Part shown: positions 58,059-64,000 of the stretch, piece after piece
How the letters are laid out: each line of letters begins with the position of its first letter
How positions within the stretch are numbered: the first letter of the stretch is position 1
From: a virus
Lineage: Duplodnaviria > Heunggongvirae > Uroviricota > Caudoviricetes
IMG/VR virus record: IMGVR_UViG_3300029705_000040
Location: 38,209-102,208 of that record
Length of the DNA: 64,000 nucleotides
Reading direction: 5' to 3' (one strand)
Notes under the pieces: model-generated
The model's database searches: none
What the model was told of the DNA's origin: nothing
Seen by the model: only the letters and a program-made list of their open reading frames with translations
Made by a program: the position numbers and the translations under genes

Positions 58059-58406
58059 ATGACTGAGTTATCTATGAGAGAAATTAGCGAAATATTTAAA
58101 GAATACGCTGAAGAAGTTAATATTCCTGTTCGAGATATTATGTTTAGTACTGATGGTAAAAATACTATCACCATCTATACTGATATTCCAGGGCTCTTAA
58201 TTGGTAAAGCCGGCTCTACTATTGAAAAGTATAAGAAAAAATTAAATGCGTTAGTTACTGAGCACAATAATATTATTAAGCAAATAAACAGCAAGCCAGA
58301 TAGAGAGTATACTATTCCTGAGATGCCAGAAGTTAAGTTTAATATAATCGAAGTAACTAGAGCTAATTTTTGGTTAAATTATAATTCAATGGGGGAATGT
58401 TTCTGA
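58059..58406 (+). CDS. Hypothetical protein, 115 aa
   Basis: AGAGGTG RBS. Confidence 0.55.
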   Translation: MTELSMREISEIFKEYAEEVNIPVRDIMFSTDGKNTITIYTDIPGLLIGKAGSTIEKYKKKLNALVTEHNNIIKQINSKPDREYTIPEMPEVKFNIIEVTRANFWLNYNSMGECF

Positions 58407-58801
58407 TGAAAGATATCTTTAGATTTTGCATTAGTGTTGCTATAACTATTTTAAATGTTATCTGGATAGTTCATGGAGCTGTAGTTATACATAATTCTTT
58501 TGTAGAAGGTAAACAGGTAGCTTTATGGGAAGTTATTGTTATGAGCTTAGCTTTTGGTTGGTTAGGTTATTTAGCTATAAGCGAGTTTATTTGGGCTATT
58601 AAAAATATTTCTTTTCAGAGAGATAGATATGAAAACAGAGTAGCAAAATATTTAGTTAAAGCTAGACATTATACTAGATTTAAAGCTTACCGACTCATCG
58701 ATGCTAATAAAGGAATAATCAGTATGTGTATTGAAGATAACTTATCTCATAAAATTTGTGGTAGAATTTTAGATGGAGTATTTAACGTTGAAAAAGAATA
58801 A
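58397..58801 (+). CDS. Membrane protein
   Basis: Hydrophobic. Confidence 0.5.
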   Translation: MFLMKDIFRFCISVAITILNVIWIVHGAVVIHNSFVEGKQVALWEVIVMSLAFGWLGYLAISEFIWAIKNISFQRDRYENRVAKYLVKARHYTRFKAYRLIDANKGIISMCIEDNLSHKICGRILDGVFNVEKE

Positions 58802-59162
58802 ATTAATAATAGGTATCATTCTCATGATTGTTGGTTTCGCGGTTATTGCGTTAAACATCGCTTTAATGGTAAAAAATTCTGGTGTAAATATTAAATTAGA
58901 TGATGCTTTTTTCTATGTTATTATAACAATAGCTGGTTGGTGTTTTATCAAAACAGGCTTCTTTATGATTTTAGAAGCGTTTGTTACCAGTGAGCGAGTG
59001 TATAAGATTGCTTTAAAGGAAACGTTCAATAAATATAATACTAATATGTATGATTACATGACCGATGAGATGATCAAATATTGCGCAGAGCATTGCTGCA
59101 ACACAGAACATGTTTTTTATTTAGTAACTAATTCTAAATACGAACCTGAGTTTAATTTGTGA
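58773..59162 (+). CDS. Membrane protein
   Basis: Hydrophobic. Confidence 0.45.
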   Translation: MEYLTLKKNKLIIGIILMIVGFAVIALNIALMVKNSGVNIKLDDAFFYVIITIAGWCFIKTGFFMILEAFVTSERVYKIALKETFNKYNTNMYDYMTDEMIKYCAEHCCNTEHVFYLVTNSKYEPEFNL

Positions 59163-59171
59163 GGCGCTAGC

Positions 59172-59414
59172 ATGTTAACAGAAAAAGATTTAGAAGAGAT
59201 AGCTAGAGTAAAGAAAAATGTAGAAGCATGTATGGATAATGAAAATTGTAAAAATTGCTCATACAAACAATCTACAAGCAGCAGTGAGAGTTGCAAATCT
59301 AAACTACTAGCTGATTGCTTTAACGTTATGAGAAAGTATCAAATAAGCTATGATAAATTATTATCACAGAATAAAAGATTACATAAAAGGGTGATGGAGG
59401 ATTTAGGTATATGA
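59172..59414 (+). CDS. Hypothetical protein, 80 aa
   Basis: ORF. Confidence 0.5.
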   Translation: MLTEKDLEEIARVKKNVEACMDNENCKNCSYKQSTSSSESCKSKLLADCFNVMRKYQISYDKLLSQNKRLHKRVMEDLGI

Positions 59415-59596
59415 TTTGCGTAGAAGGCTATAAAGCATTTAGAGGTATTATGAAAATTACCCCAACTAACCCAAAATTTCCTGCAGAAGAAATAGAAGCT
59501 GACTGGCTTTATAAACCGGAATATGATTGTTGGTATGGGAAGGGTTGGTCTTATCCAGCAGCTATTTGTATAGTAATTTTAGATAAAACAGCTTAA
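59411..59596 (+). CDS. Hypothetical protein, 61 aa
   Basis: ORF. Confidence 0.45.
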   Translation: MICVEGYKAFRGIMKITPTNPKFPAEEIEADWLYKPEYDCWYGKGWSYPAAICIVILDKTA

Positions 59597-59602
59597 AAAC
59601 AG

Positions 59603-59631
59603 TTGATCTTTCTATAAATTTATTATATAAT
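59603..59631 (+). promoter_or_regulatory. sigma70-like promoter TTGATC-N17-TATAAT (copy 16)
   Basis: TTGATC 59603-59608, TATAAT 59626-59631. Confidence 0.5.
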
Positions 59632-59663
59632 ATTATTGTAATAAATAGTAAGAAGGTTAAATT

Positions 59664-60083
59664 ATGGCTGATTATTTTAAGGATGATTTTGGAAATTACG
59701 AAGTTACTTTCACTTATAAGGAGCCAGATAATGGGAAAACTTATGAGTTTAGAAAATATGTAAATAGTAAGAAAATTAAAGCTTTAGGTGGTATGTATGC
59801 TATCTACTGCGAAGAAGATAATAAAATTATTTTTAGAAAATCAGAATATTTGCGGGATAGAAGTTACAAAAAGTTTTCAGAAGATCAATGCGAGGATTTC
59901 ATTTATGTAAATAAAGCTACGGATGATGAAAATCCTTCTGCTTATGAGTTGTTAGAACAATTAAATAAAAGAATAAAGTCAGAATATTATTCACTTCCTT
60001 CTAAAATTGATAAAACAAAATTAACAGAAGAAGAATTTCAAACTTTGAGAGGACTGATAAAGAAAAGCTTACCATCGAGGTGA
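59664..60083 (+). CDS. Hypothetical protein, 139 aa
   Basis: AAGAAGGT RBS. Confidence 0.55.
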   Translation: MADYFKDDFGNYEVTFTYKEPDNGKTYEFRKYVNSKKIKALGGMYAIYCEEDNKIIFRKSEYLRDRSYKKFSEDQCEDFIYVNKATDDENPSAYELLEQLNKRIKSEYYSLPSKIDKTKLTEEEFQTLRGLIKKSLPSR

Positions 60084-60087
60084 AACT

Positions 60088-60267
60088 ATGAGATACGATA
60101 AATATAGAATTCTTAAGCAAGGTAAAGACTTATGGGTGATTATTGAGCCTAGCAGACAGCTTACGTTGTATGATGAAAATAATAAGTTATTGCATTTTAC
60201 TACAAAAGAATCTGCTTTAAAATATTGTGCAGATAATAATCTAGAAGTAGGTGAGGAATATGTTTGA
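60088..60267 (+). CDS. Hypothetical protein, 59 aa
   Basis: ORF. Confidence 0.4.
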   Translation: MRYDKYRILKQGKDLWVIIEPSRQLTLYDENNKLLHFTTKESALKYCADNNLEVGEEYV

Positions 60268-61558
60268 GGAATTAATTAAAGAATATACTTGCTTAAAAAC
60301 AGAAGCAGAATTTTCTGTTAGATTTGCTAACATGTTACAAAGTTTGACCTGCGCATTAAATGAAAATAATAAGAATGATGTAAGTTATTATACTAGAAGA
60401 AGCAAAGAGCTTTTGGAAGGTACTAGAGTTCCTATCCAGGTTCCTATGTTTGAAATCAGTAATACGCATCCTGATTTTGCATGGCTTACAAATGCTCTCG
60501 AATCTGTTATTAGTTCTGAAATGTGGCACCCTATGGTTAGTGCTAACGTAGGTTATGAGTATAGAAAGATTGTAAATCATTGGTATGATTTAACCTGTGA
60601 TGATTCTGCACCCAGAAGAAAAGCATTAGGTGATTTCTCTATGAGAGGTCAAGAATGTAGACACAGTGCTTATAAATCAAGCGCTGGTTGGTTGTTATCT
60701 CACGTAAACACTGCTACTGTTCCTGCAATCCCTTATCTCGAACAATATTATAATGCAGATTGTACTAAAGAAGAAGTTGGTTTTGGATCACCTAGTACTG
60801 AGCATTCTGTTATGTGCTCAAACTTCGCAGTAGATGGTGATGAAATCACAATGGTTAAACGCCTTCTTACTGAAAAATATCCTAACACTTCTTTCTCAAT
60901 GGTTTCAGATAGTTATGATTATTGGAATTTAGTTTGCAATATTCTTCCTAAATGCAGAAAAGAAATAGAAGAACATAATGGATGCTTACTAGTTAGAGGT
61001 GATAGCGGTGATCCAGTAGATGTTGTAACTAAAACAGTATTTCAATTAGGTGAGCTTTTTGGTTATAGCGTAAATAGTAAAGGCTATAAAGTTCTCAATC
61101 CTAAAGTGAAAGCTATTTATGGCGATTCTATTACAGTGACTAGAGCTGCTCAAATCTATGAAATTTTATATAAAAATGGTTGGGCTGCTAGCAATGTAGT
61201 ATTAGGTGTTGGTAGTTTCTCAATGCAATGTCTTGAGGGTGAAAATGGTAAATTAAATCCTTTTACTAGAGACACTTTTGGTATTGCTATTAAAGCAACG
61301 CATGTGCTTATGAAAGATGGAACTGAACATTTTGTATTTAAGAATCCTAAAGAAGGTGGATTTAAAAAGTCACATAAAGGTTGCTGTTTAGTTATTAATG
61401 ATGGTGGCGAACTTATTTGCAATGATGAACATAAATTTGTAGAAACATACTCAGTGTTAAACGAAATGAAAGTAGTGTTTAAAGATGGTAAGATGGTTAA
61501 AGATCAGAGCTTGAAAGAAATTAGAGACAGATTGTGGGACAATAAATTCTATGAGTAA
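60260..61558 (+). CDS. nadV: Nicotinamide phosphoribosyltransferase (NAMPT/NadV-like)
   Basis: SPSTEHSVM, SMVSDSYDYWN, LLVRGDSGDPVDVV, KAIYGDSIT, VLGVGSF are collinear with NAMPT blocks; GAGG precedes ATG 60260. Confidence 0.8.
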   Translation: MFEELIKEYTCLKTEAEFSVRFANMLQSLTCALNENNKNDVSYYTRRSKELLEGTRVPIQVPMFEISNTHPDFAWLTNALESVISSEMWHPMVSANVGYEYRKIVNHWYDLTCDDSAPRRKALGDFSMRGQECRHSAYKSSAGWLLSHVNTATVPAIPYLEQYYNADCTKEEVGFGSPSTEHSVMCSNFAVDGDEITMVKRLLTEKYPNTSFSMVSDSYDYWNLVCNILPKCRKEIEEHNGCLLVRGDSGDPVDVVTKTVFQLGELFGYSVNSKGYKVLNPKVKAIYGDSITVTRAAQIYEILYKNGWAASNVVLGVGSFSMQCLEGENGKLNPFTRDTFGIAIKATHVLMKDGTEHFVFKNPKEGGFKKSHKGCCLVINDGGELICNDEHKFVETYSVLNEMKVVFKDGKMVKDQSLKEIRDRLWDNKFYE

Positions 61559-61946
61559 TTACAGAATAACATATAAAAACTGTTTCGATGTACCAAATAA
61601 AAACAAACATATTTACTCTAAAGCTATTCTTGAAAAAGCTTTCGCACAATTAACAGAAAAACTTCCTGTTATGTATGTAGCTGATGAAAAGCAATTTCTA
61701 GAGAATAGTTTTGAAATAATTGGCGCAGTAACAGATACAACTTTCACTGATAATGATCTTATTATGGAAGTTAGCATTTGTAATGCAGATTTATATCCTG
61801 AAAGTTATCCATTATGCTTATGTGGTTGGGATGAGGTTGAGTATGAGCCATCAGAAGGTGCCTTTTGCGCAACTGAAAATTATAGATTAAATTGTTTATA
61901 TCCATGGCCAGATTGCGCTTTTGATTATGAGTTGGAGAAAATCTAA
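61551..61946 (+). CDS. Hypothetical protein, 131 aa
   Basis: ORF coupled to nadV. Confidence 0.5.
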   Translation: MSNYRITYKNCFDVPNKNKHIYSKAILEKAFAQLTEKLPVMYVADEKQFLENSFEIIGAVTDTTFTDNDLIMEVSICNADLYPESYPLCLCGWDEVEYEPSEGAFCATENYRLNCLYPWPDCAFDYELEKI

Positions 61947-62162
61947 ATGTATAAGGTAGAATTATCTATAGAAGAAATTTGCTTAATTAAATCAGCTTTA
62001 ACTGACTTAAATCAAAAATTGGAAGATAAGAAAATAACAGCAGTGCATTTTTATACTGGCAAAAAAGATTTAAAGAAAAGCTTACAACATATAGATGAGA
62101 CTAGGTTAGATATTTTTACTGTTTTAGGTAAATTAAATAATGTAACTATAAAAACAGAATAA
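61947..62162 (+). CDS. Hypothetical protein, 71 aa
   Basis: ORF. Confidence 0.45.
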   Translation: MYKVELSIEEICLIKSALTDLNQKLEDKKITAVHFYTGKKDLKKSLQHIDETRLDIFTVLGKLNNVTIKTE

Positions 62163-62230
62163 AATTTGCTAAAAGTTTAAATATTATTGATATTAAAATA
62201 TAAATAAAAATAATTGGAAGAGGAATAAAA

Positions 62231-62455
62231 ATGGATACATTATCAATAAATTATATGGAACTAGATCCAAATAAAGTTTATCATATCGCTGTTGAAGTTA
62301 GAGATATGAGTGTAAAGGATACAGAAGACCATTTAACTAGAGTTAGAGATTTATTTAGTAACTATGGAATTAAAGCAATTTATTCTGCGATGACCTACGG
62401 TGTACATTCAGTAACTATTACTGATTTACCTATGTCTATAAAGAATAACAATTAA
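62231..62455 (+). CDS. Hypothetical protein, 74 aa
   Basis: ORF. Confidence 0.45.
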   Translation: MDTLSINYMELDPNKVYHIAVEVRDMSVKDTEDHLTRVRDLFSNYGIKAIYSAMTYGVHSVTITDLPMSIKNNN

Positions 62456-62462
62456 ACAAATT

Positions 62463-62753
62463 ATGGCATTTCTTTTAATATATTTACTAGTTGCATTATT
62501 TACTATGGTTATTTCATTAGGTAAAGTGGTTTGGCAAGAAGATGAGGATTTTATATTGAATTGTACTCCATCGATGCTCTACGATAACTACCGCAGTTTA
62601 AATATGTTTGCTTGTGTTACATTATGGGTAATTATTTTACTGATAAATCCATTATGGCAAATTTTATTCAATGGTGGTACTTTTCTAATTTATAATATTG
62701 GTAAATTTTTTAAATTTATTTTTACAATTGGGAGAAAAAATGATTACTTATAA
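62463..62753 (+). CDS. Membrane protein
   Basis: Hydrophobic. Confidence 0.45.
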   Translation: MAFLLIYLLVALFTMVISLGKVVWQEDEDFILNCTPSMLYDNYRSLNMFACVTLWVIILLINPLWQILFNGGTFLIYNIGKFFKFIFTIGRKNDYL

Positions 62754-63219
62754 AACTGGAAATTTATTAGAAGCAGATGTTGACTATATTGTACATCAGG
62801 TAAATTGTCAAGGCGCGATGGGTTCAGGTATAGCTAAGCAAATTAGAAATAAATGGCCTCATGTTTACGATGAGTATAAGTGGTTTTTAAATTGCAGTAA
62901 AAATAGCTGGAAAATACCTGCTTTAGGAAGAATCCAAATTATTCTAGAAGATCCAGATAAAGAAGTTGGTAAATGTAGAAATATAGTAAATTTCTTCTCT
63001 CAGTATCACTATTTACCTAGAAATGTAGTTAACACAGATTATGATGCTTTCAGAAGTTGCTGCGAAGAGCTGAGAACAGTTGCACTCAAACATCAAACAA
63101 TCGGTTTTCCTTATAAAATTGGGTGTGGTTTAGCAGGTGGTGATTGGACAATTGTAGAGAATATTATCGCCACTGTTTTCGAAGATTATAATGTGGAGAT
63201 TTATAAATATGAAGCTTGA
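62740..63219 (+). CDS. Macro-domain protein (ADP-ribose binding / O-acetyl-ADP-ribose deacetylase-like)
   Basis: DYIVHQVNCQGAMGSGIAKQI... and GCGLAGGDW macro signatures; GGAG precedes ATG 62740. Confidence 0.8.
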   Translation: MITYKTGNLLEADVDYIVHQVNCQGAMGSGIAKQIRNKWPHVYDEYKWFLNCSKNSWKIPALGRIQIILEDPDKEVGKCRNIVNFFSQYHYLPRNVVNTDYDAFRSCCEELRTVALKHQTIGFPYKIGCGLAGGDWTIVENIIATVFEDYNVEIYKYEA

Positions 63220-63391
63220 TCTTTGTAAGAAAATATTTCTAACTATACTTTTCATTTTCTTTGGTGTACTAGGTATTTGGTATACCATTAAAACAGCGAA
63301 CCCTGCAGCTTTAATCTTAGACGCTATAATGAGCTTTATAATTGGTGTAGCGTGTGGTGTAGGAATACATAGCATATGGTTTCTTAAATAA
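63209..63391 (+). CDS. Small membrane protein
   Basis: Hydrophobic. Confidence 0.4.
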   Translation: MKLDLCKKIFLTILFIFFGVLGIWYTIKTANPAALILDAIMSFIIGVACGVGIHSIWFLK

Positions 63392-63408
63392 ATAATAGAG
63401 GTATATAA

Positions 63409-64000
63409 ATGGACGCTAAAAGAGTAGCAAATAATATAAATAACTGGTTAGAAGATTATAGAGTTATAACTGATTGTAAGGGTGTTGTATTAGGCTTAAG
63501 CGGAGGTAAAGATAGTACCGTAGTTGCTATGCTTGCTAAAAAGCAATGGGGTGATGATGTTTTCGCTATTATTATGCCTAATGGTAATCAAGCTGATATC
63601 GATGATGCTATCGAAATTGCAGAAACATTAAATATTGATTATAGAATTGTAAATATTGAAACTGTTTTCAATAATTTATTATTTAATATCGAGACTGTGG
63701 TTCGCAAATCAGACATTACTGGCGAAAAAGATTGGTTTGAAAATTGCCCTAAAATTTCAGATAAAGCTAAAACAAACATTCCACCTAGACTTCGCATGAC
63801 TATTCTTTATGCTGTAGCTCAAACATTGGGTTATAGAGTTATTGGAACAGGAAATGCTAGCGAAAGATGCATTGGTTGGTTTACAAAATATGGTGATGGG
63901 GGTTGTGATTTAAATCCTATTGCGCATCTCACTTGTTCAGAAGTAATTGAGTTAGGTACATATCTCGCTCAAGAGTTTAATTTATCTGATGTATTTATTA
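63409..64000 (+). CDS. nadE: NH3-dependent NAD+ synthetase NadE (5' part; continues past the window end)
   Basis: PP-loop GLSGGKDSTVVAML and ...GTGNASERCIGWFTKYGDGGCDLNPI... Confidence 0.8.
   Translation, partial: MDAKRVANNINNWLEDYRVITDCKGVVLGLSGGKDSTVVAMLAKKQWGDDVFAIIMPNGNQADIDDAIEIAETLNIDYRIVNIETVFNNLLFNIETVVRKSDITGEKDWFENCPKISDKAKTNIPPRLRMTILYAVAQTLGYRVIGTGNASERCIGWFTKYGDGGCDLNPIAHLTCSEVIELGTYLAQEFNLSDVFI

Noticed and set aside
62197-62204. TATAAATA (T4 late-promoter-like) upstream of 62231
   Set aside because: Single occurrence without the same motif upstream of the structural (fibre) gene; insufficient to call a late-promoter class.

Overview
AT-rich window from a large virulent phage-like genome, all genes on the + strand. 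(1) 1-17.2 kb: a tRNA island with about 26 canonical tRNAs and several degenerate tRNA-like remnants. It is interleaved with GC-enriched non-coding stretches and freestanding nuclease genes (an HNH 3' end and two PD-(D/E)XK/C2H2 paralogs). (2) 17-64 kb: about 100 small early/middle-type genes in operons. Each operon is driven by a 16-copy sigma70-like promoter, TTGA(T/C)T-N17-TATAAT, and several promoters are fused to hairpin terminators. Recognisable products: GrcA-like glycyl-radical spare part, FolD, polynucleotide kinase fused to an HD domain, RNA ligase, two metallophosphoesterases, DNA MTase, GuaD-like deaminase, SPFH protein, HNH and GIY-YIG endonucleases, a RelE/YafQ-like toxin pair, a tail-fibre-like receptor-binding protein, and an NAD module (NAMPT, macro, NADAR, NadE). 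Main finding: at least 10 otherwise intact genes carry in-frame TAG codons as their only internal stops (1-6 each, 28 in total). None of about 115 ordinary ORFs ends in TAG; all end in TAA or TGA. This argues that amber is read as sense in a subset of genes. Other notable points: five tRNAs with A34 anticodons, an Ala-derived tRNA with an 8-nt anticodon loop, homopolymer/dinucleotide-repeat frameshifts in the tail fibre and SPFH genes, and a 5-member paralog array sharing an 18-aa N-terminal motif. All calls are from manual reading of the sequence; no database search was run.
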